Shown here: positions 34,531 to 48,400 of the stretch, piece after piece
Layout of the letters: each line of letters begins with the position of its first letter
Position numbering within the stretch: the first letter of the stretch is position 1
Assembly (NCBI RefSeq): GCF_006345805.1
Contig: NC_043011.1
Location: forward strand, 1,860,001-1,924,000
DNA length: 64,000 nt
Source of the DNA: Octopus sinensis
Taxonomy: Eukaryota
Direction: 5' to 3'
Made by a program: the position numbers and the translations under genes
The notes under the pieces: generated by a model
Database searches by the model: none
Seen by the model: the letters and a program-made list of their open reading frames with translations, nothing else
What the model was told of the DNA's origin: nothing

Positions 34531-35804
34531 GGAGTGGTTTGCAATTTACATCTCTAAACTCTAATGAAAGACCAGAGCTCAGAATTGTTGGCTAGTGAAA
34601 CACTGGTTATAATTAGTTTTTCTGTTTATTATAGAAATAAGCTGTAACTGACCATAGTAACTATGTTTAGGATAGATGGCCAAGCCAATATAACTGATAA
34701 ATCTCTGTCAATTAATCAGAACTTCATCGATGACATATTAACTGTTGACTAATTGGAAAGTTTTCTAACAACACACTCTTGTCGTAGGTTTTGTTTTTGC
34801 TGTTGCGTAACTCAAATCACATCTGTTTGAGTGTTGCTACATTACTGAAGTAGCCGATTGAGAGTAGTTTTTCTTACATGAATTTTATGATAAGCAATGC
34901 AATTTTAAGTAGGTGGTCACTTCTTACAAAACAGCATTTAATTTGTTGAAGGAGATTTAATTACAATGATAGTTATCACAGCAAAAGCTGAAAACTGTCA
35001 TGCTGTCATAAGCCAGCATAGATTTGTGTGAATTCAACAGATTTTTATATATGGAATCATTATTGCTCGAGACATATAATAAGATAAATTTAATCACATT
35101 GTTTAAATGACAAAATTCAATTAATTATAATTATGAGTAAATAAAAGAAAACACTAAAAAAATTATTGAATAATATTCCATTCTGATATCTGTTTAAGTG
35201 CTACAAGTTTTGATGATGGTGATGAAATATTCAAAGAAAAATTTTAAAAGTGTAATGTTTAAGCAAATTTTGTAAAACTGTTCCACACTTTTTATAAAAA
35301 ATATATAAACATGTTTTCTTTTATAGAAAGCATTTTTTTGGCTTTCATTGCATCTGTATTAAAACACATTAGTGTATATTCAAGTGGAAGTATTGCATTT
35401 TGATTATTGAAATTTTAATTCATTAGTTTTTGTGGAGTTTTTTAATGTATCAAATATTTTGTCTATTTGTGTCAGGATGCATTACAACAATCCTGCATGG
35501 AATGAAAGATTTTGTTAAGATGTCCATGTATTCCAGTTTTACCATCCCAGATATATGAGAAGTATTCCTATATGAGATGCACTTACACCTTGTGACAGAT
35601 TACCAAATTTTCAGGGATGATGTATTTCTAGCTAAATGTCTAATTGGACTAAGATTCCTCTTCCAGTTTTAATGTGAAGATTATTAATTCAGTTTTCTAT
35701 TTCTCTAGTAACAAGAAAAGAAGCTAGTTAGAAAATCTCTATCAGAGAGAAAAGCAACTATAATGAGAAGAAATATTTATCACATCAATATGACTGTTCT
35801 GTAG

Positions 35805-35930
35805 GAATCGACCTTACTACCATTTTTAACCCTGGGAGGAACCTCCTCCAGCTGGTTATCAATGCAATCTGCACCCAATACATATTGCAAGCAGGGGAGT
35901 GAACTCCTACCATCTTCTAGCAGACAACAG
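35805..35930 (-). mobile_element. Degenerate HH1-family fragment
   Basis: TTTTAACCCTGGGAGGAACCTCCTCCAGCTGGTTATC resembles TTTAGCCCCAGGAAGACATCTCCTCCAGCTGGCT. Confidence 0.5.
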
Positions 35931-36748
35931 GATCATCATAAATATTATTTCTCTAGTCTTCTAAAACAACTTTCACAATAGAGACAATAGGTTTTAGTTG
36001 TGAATTGGTTTGTAATGTAACTTGTATTTATGAGAAGCTGAGGTAATTAGGAATTCAGTATAAATTTCAGCTTCTCAGTCGTAAAATCCCAAAATCGCAT
36101 ATGTTCACATTTTGCAACTAATGTCAAGTTAAATATCCTTTCTCTTTATTACTTTTCTCTCTTGCTTCATTTCAACAATTTTGAAATTTCCAACCTGATA
36201 AATATAAGGAAAATATTAAACTGTATTGGAATTCTTATTCCAGTTTCAATAAGTATATTTCTTTACTCTGTTTTTCCTTTCTTTAACATTCAAACCTTGT
36301 CTGCATAGGTTTCTCTGTTCATTGCAAGAATATTCCCTTCTCTATTCTATAGAACAGAACATAAAGGGTGAGCCAGATAGTTTATTGAAGTGCTTTGCAC
36401 TGAGAACTTCTATATCTATAACAGTGTTCTTTCAACCAAAAGGCATTAATATTATATTTTAAAGAAACATGAAAAACAATACATACCCAAATAGGCATAT
36501 GTAAGGAATTGAATTTCTCACATCTGCCATGCTTTACTTGAGGTTGTTTTAGGACTCTCTTATGGAACTATATCAGGTTCTAGCTGGCTCTTTTAAGCTG
36601 TTCAATACAGCTATGGCACTATGCTATCATCAAAATCATCATCATATACAAATAAAAAAAGACGGAAATGATGATGTTTATGATAATGATGATAATGGTG
36701 GTGATAATGATGATGGTGATGATGATTATCATCATTGTATTTGACTGT

Positions 36749-36980
36749 TACTCTCTTTTATTCTTTTACTCTTTTACTTGTTTCAGTCATTTTGACTGTG
36801 GCCATGCTGGAGCACCACCTTTAGTCGAGCAAATCGACCCCAGGACTTATTCTTTGTAAGCCCAGTACTTATTCTATCAGTCTCTTTTGCCGAACCGCTA
36901 AGTGACGGGGACGTAAACACACCAGCATCGGTTGTCAAGCAATGCTAGGGGGACAAACACAGACACAAACACACACACAT

Positions 36981-37039
<59 letters not shown>

Positions 37040-37200
37040 TACGACAGGCTTCTTTCAGTTTCCGTCTACCAAATCCACTCACAAGGCATTGGTCGGCCCG
37101 GAGTTATAGCAGAAGATACTTGCCCAAGATGCCATGCAGTGGGACTGAACCCGCAACCATGTGGTTGGTTAGCAAGCTACTTACCACACAGCCACTCCTG
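36749..37200 (-). mobile_element. SINE family A, full length, with an expanded internal (TA)n
   Basis: Consensus match. Confidence 0.92.
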
Positions 37201-37489
37201 TGGTAACATTCATGGAATATTTGGTACAAATTCCAGGCAGTTAGTTGAACTGGAGTAATGTAGAGTTGCTCTATCACAGCTAACATATCCCTTTCTGCTA
37301 AATGAACTGAGATGCAATGCATATTGTCCAGAAACCCTTCATCTGATAATTTATTTGAATTGAAAACATTTGAAGAATTACTCTAATAAAGGATTCATTC
37401 AGGTATTTCTTTCCTATGTATTTAAATAAGTTATGCTCACAGGACAGCCTGCTGTGCTAACCTTGGATTGTAGAGTGACCCGTTGTTCT

Positions 37490-37845
37490 TCAGGAGACCT
37501 GTTGAGTCAAGTTCGTTAAGACACCCATGCCGATGACGCGTAAAAGCACCGTTCGAGCATGGCAGTTACTAGCGTCGCCTGACTGGCGTCCGTGTCAGTG
37601 ACACGTAAAAGCATCAACCGATCATGGCCATTTGCCAGCTTGCTCTGGCTCCTGTGCAGGTGGCACGTAAAAGACACCCACTACACTCATGGAGTGGTTG
37701 GCGTTAGGAAGGGCATCCAGCTGTAGAAACACTGCCAAATCAGACTGGAGCCTGGTGCAGCCTTCTGGCTTCCCAGACCCCGGTCGAACCGTCCAACCCA
37801 TGCTAGCATGGAAAACGGACGTCAAATGATGATGATGATGATTTT
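37490..37845 (+). mobile_element. Family B RTE-type tail
   Basis: Same motifs as 30153-30490 and ends in (GAT)n. Confidence 0.85.
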
Positions 37846-38513
37846 CACTTGCCTTAATCAAATAACTGACTGCATTGAGAAAATGGAGTAGTGATGATTT
37901 GAAACTGAATCACTGGGTAGGTGAGCAGACATCATACGCAGACCACAATGGTTTCACATGATCAGTCTGTTAAGTGATGAATCTGCATCAGGCTATTGCA
38001 TGATTTGATTTTCAAGACTTTTTTCACTGTGCCCTACATAATGGCAGTTTTTGGTGGGAATCAATGAGGCAGCTACATGATGTCACCATTCTCATCTCCA
38101 CACCCAGGTGACAGTAGTAGACAGGAGATTTTGTCACCGTGAATGTAACACAGTTATTTTCCAGCAACCACAGATTGCTATATCAGTTAACTTGTTGTAA
38201 ATCCCAAACAGTATATCCTTCCTGTATGTAATTATTGTTATTAGTATTTGTAAAAGTTCAACAGAGAAAACACTATGTGCAGTAATAAAGTCTTCTGTTA
38301 ATTGTTCTTGAGTGTTGCTACTTCTTCATGCAGCCTGAGAAATACATCTTCATTCACTAACTCAACAGATACCATAACGGTTTTAGAAGCAATGCCAAAC
38401 CACTTTCATGTGACTATGTTATTAATGAATCAGACAAGAAAGCAGAGTTTTATAAAAATAATACGCAACGAGTTGAAAAACTTTGATCAATTAAGTGACT
38501 GAGACAATTTCAA

Positions 38514-38900
38514 AGGAGTGGCTGGGTGGTAAGAACCTTGCTTACCAACATGGTTGCGGGTTCAGTCCCACTGCGTGGCATCTTGGGCAAGTGTCTTCTG
38601 CTATAGCCCCGGGCCGACCAATGCCTTGTGAGTGGATTTGGTAGACGGAAACTGAAAGAAACCCGTCGTATATATGTATGTGTGTGTGTGTTTGTGTGTC
38701 TGTGTTTGTCCCCCTAGCATTGCTTGACAACTGATGCTGGTGTGTTTACGTCCCCGTCACTTAGCGGTTCAGCAAAAGAGACCAATAGAATAAGTACTAG
38801 GCTTACAAAGAATAAGTCCCGGGGTCGATTTGATCGACTAAAGGCGGTGCTCCAGCATGGCCGTAGTCAAATGACTGAAACAAGTAAAAGAATAAAAGAG
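38514..38900 (+). mobile_element. SINE family A
   Basis: Consensus match. Confidence 0.92.
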
Positions 38901-39405
38901 CAAGTAAAGTGTATGTCTCAAGGGTGGCCTTCAAATTTTTGTAGAAAAGCTTTTAAATCCAATTTTTCAACTTCATGTGTGTATTTGTATTTATCTCTCC
39001 CCACTTGACTTGACAGCCGGTGCTTGCTTTCTTTGCATCCTTGGTAATTAGCAGTTTCAGTAAAAGAGGCCAACAGAATAAGTGTTAAACTTCGAAATAA
39101 GTACCGGAGTTGTAAGTGGATTTGGTAGATGGAAGCTGAAAGAAACTCATCAAATATCTGTGTGTGTGTGTGTGTGTGTGTCTTTGTGCTGGTCACCCAC
39201 CACTGCTTGACAACTGGTGTTTATTTATGTTCCTGTAACTTAGTGGTTTGGCAAAAAGAGACTGATAGAATAAGTACTAGGCTAAAAACTAAAATACTGG
39301 GGTCAATTCATTTGACTAAAAGGTCTTCAAGGCAGTGCCCCAGCATGGCTGCAGTCTAATGACTGAAGCAGATAAAACATACATGTGTGTATGTATATAG
39401 ATATG

Positions 39406-39631
39406 TATTTCTTTACTACCAACAAGGTGCTAAACACAGAGGGGACAAACAAGGACAGACAAACGGATTAAACCGATTATATCTACCCCAGTGTGTAACT
39501 GGTACTTAATTTATCGACCCCGAAAGGATGAAAGGCAAAGTCGGCCTCGGCGGAATTTGAACTCAGAACGTAATGGCAGACGAAATACGGCTACGCATTT
39601 CGCCCGGTGTGCTAATGTTTCTGCCAGCTCT

Positions 39632-39634
<3 letters not shown>
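39406..39634 (-). mobile_element. Meta-domain SINE (family C)
   Basis: Near-identical to 22701-22934. Confidence 0.9.
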
Positions 39635-39664
<30 letters not shown>

Positions 39665-39668
<4 letters not shown>

Positions 39669-40493
39669 AGTGAGTTATAGCAAAAAAAATGCATTAAAAA
39701 TGGAATAAAAAATGATGGTAATTTTTTTTTAATCGTTGACTCATCGTAGACATTTTTAGAGTTACTTCCCTTATATAATACCGAAAAATGCATTAAAATG
39801 GAATAAAAAATGATGTTAAATTTTTTTTTAAATCATAGACTCATCGTAGACGCGCACTAATACCCAGAAGGGCTCGATATGAATCATGACTATAAGATAC
39901 CTGGTTTTGGTTACACTGCACCGCAAAATGTGGGAGTAGTTAGGAATCTAAATCGTAGGAGACAGACACACAGCCTTACTTTTATATATAAAGATTTGTG
40001 CAACAACTAAAACATTCGGTTGTGCAAATTGTTTGCACAGGAAACCTGCCCTGTGTGGTGGTAATTGCCATTTTTGTGGATCTGTTTCAGCTTTTTTAGC
40101 GATTTCTGTTTTGGCGACTTCAAGCCATGAAGTCGTTGTTCTAAAAGAACGCTGGTCTCCTTGACAACGCATTACGACATTGATTTCCTTACACTCCCTT
40201 CCCCACAGCTTCACATGGGAGGGAAGAAGTGGGAGAAGCAAACAGGTGCAGGTGTGAGCGTGGACGCCAACTCTGCCACCATCGACACACGAAAAAATAT
40301 GCATTAAAATGGAATAAAAAATTATGTTAAATTATTTCTAAAATCGTAGACTCATCGTAGACGCGCGCTAATACCCAGACGGGCTCGATATGAATCATGA
40401 CTATAAGATACCCGAATTTGGTTAAACTGCACCGCAAAATGTGGGAGTAGTTAGGAATCTAAATCGAAGGGGACAGACACTCACACAACTACA

Positions 40494-40500
<7 letters not shown>
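39665..40500 (+). mobile_element. Tandem Helentron/HINE-like element ends with an intervening ~300-bp segment
   Basis: Two copies (39665-39995 and 40295-40500) of the 3982-4285 body and 3' end, separated by GC-richer sequence at 39996-40294. Confidence 0.6.
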
Positions 40501-40539
<39 letters not shown>

Positions 40540-40544
40540 TATAT

Positions 40545-40603
<59 letters not shown>

Positions 40604-41852
40604 GATATATATATGCAAATATATATGTGATATGTGTGTGTGTATTATATAGTTTATAGGTTAGAGACAGATATTTTCTGTATAGAATACACTTCGTATT
40701 GCTCATAGGTATATTTACAAAGATCAACAAATTCTTGTATTTGACAAGAATACTTTTCAGGCTGTTTCTGATTGTAATTTTGGATTGTGTTTCTGTGAAT
40801 CAAATAATAAAGATTTCTTCATTAGTGCAACTGAAGTGTTTGTGACTACATGAAGGTGGGTAACATGTTGTACAGCATACAAGATTGAACCAATAGATAT
40901 ACTCTGTAATCTTACAAGGAAATAAGCCAGATGAAGTTAACAAATTATACAACAGTATCTTCAGGGTATTAAAGTTGGGGATGAGCTCAACTCCAACCCA
41001 TTATTTCTTTCAAATGAGCAATTCAGTTAAGTATTCTGTCTTTTATTTGTGTAGCTATGTATCTCATAATTCAATCTTTGCAGTAATTATCTCCTGAAAA
41101 ATATCAAATTATGTATTTGCTATTTTCTTTATTTTCTATTTGAGGAAAGCTATTAACATGATAGCTTATAGCAGTTATCCATTTCCTGTCAAGTTTGCAA
41201 TGAACTATTTCTACACTAATCACTAATGTATAATTTACCTCCATGACTTCAGACTGTCTCTCACAGAATTTGCACCTAAGTCCAGATCTAGTTCAATTAC
41301 TTTTTCTTTTTTGCATTAACGTTAAACTTTCTTTTAGTTAAGAGAATATTTGTAATTTAAACATTTATTACTTTATTGTGTAAATCCTTTCTTAGACAAT
41401 GAATTGGTTAATAAGAAATGTTACTTTCCCATTAGTTCCATCTATTGTCTTATCTTTGCGAGGCTAATTTTTCACCCTCATCTCCATTAAAATAAAAGCA
41501 TGCTGGAGTTTATCTTATACTATTCTCGATCTATGTTATTTTTGTTCATTGTTTGCATTAACTTTCCTTTATCTTTAATAAAACTTTTCTTGCCAAAATG
41601 AAAATTAAAAAAAATACAAACGAGATAATAAATGGTTAGCTTTATTCATGATTTCATTCTGTTAAAAACATTAAAAAATTCAAAGACCTAACTTCATAAA
41701 TGGAAGCAATTTCTTGAAATGAAAACTGCATGAGAACACACACACACACACATGTGTGTGTGTGTAAGTGAATGGCACATGAAAGGATTCAGCACATTTG
41801 GTTGGAGTTACTTGTATTTAATAAGTTTGTCTCTGTACCATATGACTTAAGG

Positions 41853-42050
41853 CAGTGGTTCCCAAACTATGAGTCGTGACCCACAGATGGGTCGCGAATG
41901 GAATCTTAGTGGGTTGCAAAAAGTTATAAAATTACGCATTAGCTTTGATTAACTTCTGTCTATCGAGATAGTTCAAGACTTATAAGTGGGTCGTCATAAA
42001 CTGGTGTGATAAATAGTGGGTCGCGACTCTAAAAAGTTTGGGAACCACTA
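41853..42050. mobile_element. hAT (Charlie-like) MITE
   Basis: TIR CAGTGGTTCCCAAACT / AGTTTGGGAACCACTA. 8-bp TSD ACTTAAGG at 41845-41852 and 42051-42058. Confidence 0.92.
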
Positions 42051-42394
42051 ACTTAAGGTTTCATGACCCATTCATTTCATCAGATGTTTGGAGGCTTTGG
42101 AAAAATTTAGGTCTCAATTAGACAGCTGAAGTCACATGGTATTAATTGGTATTAATACTATCAAAGTAATACTAATAATTTTCTTTATTTTTTAAAGTTC
42201 ATGTAATTTCACAGACTGTTGGTATGATACTGGTGGTATTTTGATGGTAGGCTGTGACATAGTATATTCAGTAGCATAGTATATTCAGTAGCATCAGTTC
42301 CTTACACTGGGTGCCACACAGGGTGAGGTAATGTGTTAGATGGAGCCATTAACTCAGTTATCGTTCAACTTGAAGTCAATTAACAAGGTATATC

Positions 42395-43060
42395 TTTAGT
42401 AGCAACAGTAAAATAGTTCATTCTTGCTATTGATGAATACTGTGGGTTGGTAGAACACTGCGTAGTTTCTCAAAGACACAAAGTTGGCAGTAGTGAGCTC
42501 TAAGTGAGTAAGGAGAGGTCCTGTCATTTTGATGGTTACAATGTCTCCAGATGAAGTGAAACAGGGAAATTGAGTTTCCCCTGACCCTGCATCTAAAGAA
42601 TGCATGCACTATGTATAACGTCCTTCAAAGTTATTGTTTGTCAAGCTCATGTAGTGTCTTGTAATGCCGTTAGATGGCATGAGGGTGGGTCTATAAATTA
42701 TGGCTTTTGAGAAGTAGCATCCTCCCAGTGGTCATTTGACAATTACAGGTTGTAATGGGAATTGGAGGTTGTGTAGATGTGATTCACACCTATGGTAGCG
42801 TGAAAAGTTTGAAGTGATATTGTCTAGGCATGAATAGCTGACCTTGACATTAAGGGGATTGAAGGATTTATAATATCTATGGGTTCTAGGGAAATACATT
42901 TTAAATAGCATCAGCAAATTCCTTATTGAAACAGATTATTTTCTACTTTTTAACTCACTTCTGGTTTGGATGTGAGTGGAAAGTATATATGTGGGTGGGA
43001 GGTTCCTCCATACAGTCTAACTTATTGGTAAAGCCCCTCCTTGCTAATACCTCATTTTAG
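42395..43060 (-). pseudogene. Penelope-like element (Neptune-type) RT-EN linker and GIY-YIG fossil
   Basis: MYFPRTHRYYKSFNPLNVKVSYSCLDNI resembles HFP..H.L.KIFN..VKVSYSC. Also TCNCQ..PLGG.C..AIIY..HYMSLT..FEGRY, YCQLCVFEKL and NSKNELFYCC. Confidence 0.75.
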
Positions 43061-43132
43061 TTGGATTTGACCCTGTTGAAAATCTCCCTGTGTGCTGATA
43101 GATTAGAGATTCTTCTACTGATGCCTGTTACT

Positions 43133-43320
43133 ATCATCATCATCATCATCGTTTAACGTCTGTTCTCCATGCTAGCATGGGTTGGATGGTTCGACCAGGG
43201 ATCTGGGAAGCCAGAAGGCTGCACCAGGCTCCGGTCTTATCTGGCAATGTTTCTACAGCTGGATGCCCTTCCTAACGCCAACCACTCCGTGAGTGTAGTG
43301 GGTGCTTTTTACGTGCCACT
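43133..43320 (-). mobile_element. Family B RTE-type tail, 5'-truncated
   Basis: (CAT)n followed by GTTTAACGTCTGTTCTCCATGCTAGCATGGG. Confidence 0.88.
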
Positions 43321-43974
43321 ATATTAATAATTAAAGCTGGAGGGTGATTGGTGAGTTTATGAATATAAATAGTTTCCTCACTGCATTTTTTGTAGTGAAT
43401 ATACTTGCCTGACTGAAGGTTTAGGATTACATTCAGGAAGTTCCCAATGTTAAACTGGTGGTAACTGCTACAGGTAGGCCAAATTGTTTGAAAACTTTTA
43501 TCAGATTCTTCCTGATATTATCTATGGCATATGTTATTCATGTGGTTTCAGATTGACAGATGACCATTCCTATATAGGGCTGAAATATGATTTCTTTAGA
43601 GTATCTAGGGTAAACAATCTAATGCAGGCAGGTATGTTAGCCTTGTCATAGCTTCCCATAAGCACATCAGACAGTGCTTTATCCTCCTCTTTTTACCCAA
43701 TGAGAATCATCTTCAAGTAAGATTGACTTTCTTGTGATCATGATCATTTTGAAATAGAGGTTGTTGATTTTGTTGAATTGCCTACCAAAATCTAGGGCCT
43801 TCAAAAGGAAGGATTTTGATATTGAATGGTAGATATTCACAGTATGAAACAGGATGAACAAGCAGACCACTTCATTCTAGATGCTATGGAACCAACCAAT
43901 TACTTCAATCCCACTGGGTCAATCCACAGCCCTTCTAATATTGATTTCAAAATTTTTGTACAAGGCCAGTCACT

Positions 43975-44125
43975 TCAGGAGTTGGGGCAAGTCGATTACA
44001 TCGATCCCAGTGCTCAAATTGGTACTTATTTCATCGATGCTGAAAGGACGAAAAGCAAAGTTGACCTTGGTGGTGTTTGAACTCAGAATGTAAAGATAGA
44101 CAAAATGCTGCTAAGCATTTTCAGC
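43975..44125 (-). mobile_element. Meta-domain SINE (family C), diverged
   Basis: GTCGATTACATCGATCCCAGTG..GGTACTTATTTCATCGA..GAAAAGCAAAGTTGACC. Confidence 0.7.
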
Positions 44126-46160
44126 CCTTCTAATATGGGAGCTGATGACATTACGATTACAATTACTTACAATGTCTTTTTCACTCTTGTGGGGTGGGTG
44201 GGTTAATTAGTCTACATTTAGGATTAGAAAGGAAGTTGGGTCCTTAAACATAATATAAGAGGGGCAAGGCAAGGCAGGCCATGGAATCGTTTCTCTTTAG
44301 GAGGTTGGCTAGCACTTTCACTTCAGTGTTTGTACCATTGTATGTAGAGATATTAGTTTTTATTTATGATGTTTGTAAGGATTTCTCTGTGTGGGTAGTG
44401 TTTGTTTCATATATATTCCTTTTGTTGTTTTTTTGTTTTTTGTCAGTGAGAATGTGTGCATTAGTTTAGGAAAGGATTAGAAAGATGTTGAAATATTGTC
44501 TTTTTGATGATGATGACGATGATGATGATGATAGAGATGATGGTGGTGGCTTAGCCCCATAAAACACTAAATCTATGAAATACAACTGAACACTTCATAT
44601 TCATATTGTATGTATAAAACAAGTTAGCAAGACAGAAGTACTTGCTCACCTGCATACTAATTTAGCAACAAAATCTCATTTCAGTGTTAGAAACCATCAT
44701 AACACCTATTTCATCTGTGGCGGAATGAAGTGAGGTGAGGAGGGCAAAGTAATGACAGGACTCAGGACTGGAAGTGAAAGGAAATAATGTTACATCCAGA
44801 AATGGAATATTCAAACAGGCTTTTTCTTTGCTGGATTGTCAAGTGTGACAGACATGCTGAGAGGATTAGGGGAGTAGTTCTTTTCTGGTCAGAAGCTTAG
44901 GTAGAGTGTACATGTGGGTACAACTATTAGGTTCTGCTGGTTCCTATGACCCAAAGTTTAGATATACTCTTGCTGATTGTATCTCGAAGTAAGAACAACT
45001 GTTATTTACACCTGACAATTACATCATCTGCATAAAAACAGAAAGCAGTATCTATACATGATACCTATTTACAGCCAAATAGACTGGATTATCTGAGACT
45101 AACAATGGATAGAGCACTGCTACAGTAATAAATTCAATAGACTCCTGAGCAACTTGTTGAATAACATTTTTCCAGTTAATAAGGAACCACTCTTGTGTAA
45201 CTATTGATCTTCAGCTTTTCTGGTGTCATATATATCGTCATAATATCTTTTAGTACTGCACAACTCTTTTTTCAACTGCAATTTGACTAGATTCTAAAGT
45301 GGAACAGATTATATTGTTTTCTCTAGAGAAATGTAAAAGCACTGTATACGAGTGGGTCTAATCATCACCATCAACCAAATTACTTTCATTTGCTTTTTGA
45401 GTAGAGAAAAAAAACTGAGTGTAGTTTCAAATAGTATTACAATTTTTCATGTTTTACATTGATCAATCATTTAACAATTGAATGGATGACTATCGAAGCA
45501 ATGATAGTTAATAGGGCCATCAGCCTAAACAGAAAACCAAATTGGGAAAATAAAAAAAGAAGCAGCTCTGAAATTTGCAAACAAGCAAGACTAGTGGTCA
45601 TATGAGCTGTTAATAAATCATTACTCTTGGCTCCATACTGAAGCTATTTGTCATTTATCTCTCATTGCACAAATACCTCTGTAACATTTGCTGAGTCAAA
45701 ATGATCAAGTCTATTTCTAACAGTTCAAATTCAGATACATATATATATACACATGAAAAAGCATGCTAAACCGTCTGAAGCTTATTGCATTACAAGACAG
45801 TTCAATATCTTTGGCTGGCTTTTATTATTATCAATGACCATGGTGAACACTATCGCAGAAGTGACACACAAGACTTCCAATTTTGATTCTTTCATTTTGA
45901 TCAATGAAATCAGATAACTATTTTAACTTCTTTTAGAAGAACTCTGTGAGTCAAGCCTGATCTGACAAAATGAAGTAGCTTCATACTTGAACAGATAGCT
46001 AAGTTTAACGATTGCTGACTAACTGATATTAGTGATATTTCTTTCCTTTTCAAAGATTAACACATTTACTTTCATCATCAGACCATTTTTCCTCCTTCAA
46101 CCATATTAATATTTAGAAAGTATTTACAAGTGTAACCATAGTTTATATACGCGAAACTAT

Positions 46161-46935
46161 ATCATCATCATCATCATCATCATCATTTAATGTCCATTCT
46201 CCATGCTAGCATGGGTTGGACGGTTCGACCGGGGTCTGGGAAGCAAGAAGGCTGCACCAGGCTCCAGTCTGATCTGGCAGTGTTTCTACAGCTGGATGCC
46301 CTTCTAACGCCAACCACTCCGTGAGTGTAGTGGGTGCTTTTTATGTGCCACCGGCATGGGTGCCAGGTGAGGCTGGCAACAGCCACGATCGGATGGTGCT
46401 TTTTACGTGCCACTGGCACAGAAGCCACGATTCAGATGGTGCTTTTTACGTCCCACCAGCACAGGGATCACAACTACAATTTCCATAGATTTTTGATGTT
46501 GGTGTACTTGACTCAATAGGTCTCCTCAAGCACAGGGTTGGAACGGTGTTTCTTTACTTGCCACCTGCACAGGAGTCAGTCCAGTGGCACTGGTAACTGC
46601 CGGGTGCCAGTCATAGGATTGGTTCAATTTCGATTCTGATTTCACTTGCTCCAACAGGTCTTCACAAGCAGAGTTTAGTGTCCAATGAAGGGAGGTTGGC
46701 AAGGGTGCCAGTCGTCGGATGAGGTTCGATTTCAAATTCAGTTTCGACTTCACTTGCCTCAACAGGTCTTTGCATGTCCAAGGAAGGAAAGTCATGCATA
46801 AGTGAGCTAGCTGCATCCCTGGCAAGGGACACGGGATGGACTCACTCATCTCACGCACAGCATATTTCCAAAGGTCTCGGTCACTAGTCATTGCCTCAGT
46901 GAGGCCTAATGTTTGAAGGTCATGCTTCACCACCT
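46161..46935 (-). mobile_element. RTE LINE 3' end (ORF C-terminus plus 3' UTR, family B)
   Basis: DEVVKHDLQTLGLTEAMTSDRDLWKYAVRE, an RTE C-terminal motif, continues directly into the family B tail and (CAT)n. This identifies family B as the RTE 3' UTR. Confidence 0.88.
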
Positions 46936-47128
46936 CGTCATATCATGTAGGAATTGTCCTACTGGTATTCTCATATTTTATTTTGTAGAAAACATGTTGC
47001 AATAACAATACATGTTTAAGTGAATTTTTTTTATTTGGTTCCAGTACATAAAAAAAAGATCAATAATTTCTTTTGTTTTACAACAAGGTTGTATGTATAT
47101 AGGTAGATAGGTAGAGACAAAACACACA

Positions 47129-47129
47129 T

Positions 47130-47183
<54 letters not shown>
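47129..47183. repeat. (CA)n microsatellite
   Basis: Seen directly. Confidence 0.97.
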
Positions 47184-47186
<3 letters not shown>

Positions 47187-48032
47187 TATATTTCTCTGGA
47201 CCATCAGATTGCTGAATGATTTGTGGGGATTTCCTTGACTAGACCATGGGGTTGTCTTAGAATTATCCCTGGAGAATACAAAAGTGGTTTCCTGTTGCCA
47301 TCTTTCGGCATCTAGAGCAAATACCATAATGCTTATTGTTCCAACATTAATAACTCAGCCAATCCACTGGTTTGAACTTTATTTCATCAACTCTAGAAGA
47401 ATAAGACAAAGATGATCATGGCAGTATTTGAACTCAGAATGTAATGCATAAGAAAAAAATATACAGAATAACATTTTCTCTGATATTGTAACAATTATAC
47501 CAATTTACCATGTAATATGGTGTAATATGGTTAAGTCCTGGTTTCAATTCAGCTGTATGGCATCTTGGGCAAGAGCCATGGCTATAGCTTCAGGGTGATC
47601 CATATCTTGTAAGTAAAATTAGGCTGATGGAAAATGTGCAGAAGCTCATTGCATTAAGGGCACACATGTCTGTGGATTACTCTCTCATTTAAATGCTAAT
47701 TCAATGAGTTTCCTTCATATATAGTTAGCATAATGAAATCCAGTAAATCATTGCTACTCATTTTATTGATTTTGACAGATTCAAATTCTGACTTAATATA
47801 AGAAATTGAACTGAAAAATGTGCAATACTAAATTAGAGATGGTATTAAAATTTTAATTGTAGTTGGCAGCAAACTGCTTTTCATAATTTCCAACACAAGA
47901 TCTGTTGGTGTCTTCACTATGCCTACGACATGGAAAAAGGTGACCAAACGTTTGTGGGTTCAAACTGATGGTGATCCTGTAAGAGCAATTTTATTGATTG
48001 TTTCCTATAAGATTGTTTCCTGTAGGTCCAAG

Positions 48033-48400
48033 CATGGCACTGTGGTAAAGAAGTTTGCCTCCCAAAAACATAGTTCTGGGTTCAGTACCACTGTGTTTTC
48101 TACTATAGCCTGAGGCTGACCAAAGCCTTGTGAGTGGATTTGGTAGAGGAAAACTGAAAGAAGCCCATCATATATGAGTGTGTGTCTTTGTCTGTGCATT
48201 TATCCCCCATCACTGCTTGACAACCAGTGTTAATATGTTTATTTTCACAAAACTTAGTGGTTCAGCAAAAGACTGACAGAATAAGTATCAAGCTATGGAA
48301 AGAAAAAAAAAAGTACTGGGGTCCATTCGTTTGACTAAAATTTTTCAAGCTGGTGCTCCAGCATGGCCACAATCTAATGAGTGAAGCAATTAAAAGATAG
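48033..48400 (+). mobile_element. Older SINE family A-related copy
   Basis: Degenerate head, body and tail. Confidence 0.7.

Noticed and set aside
45023-45034. YADD motif on the minus strand, with a distant IPFLDV
   Set aside because: The surrounding frames are full of stops and no other RT motifs could be aligned. It may be an ancient LINE remnant but is not supportable.
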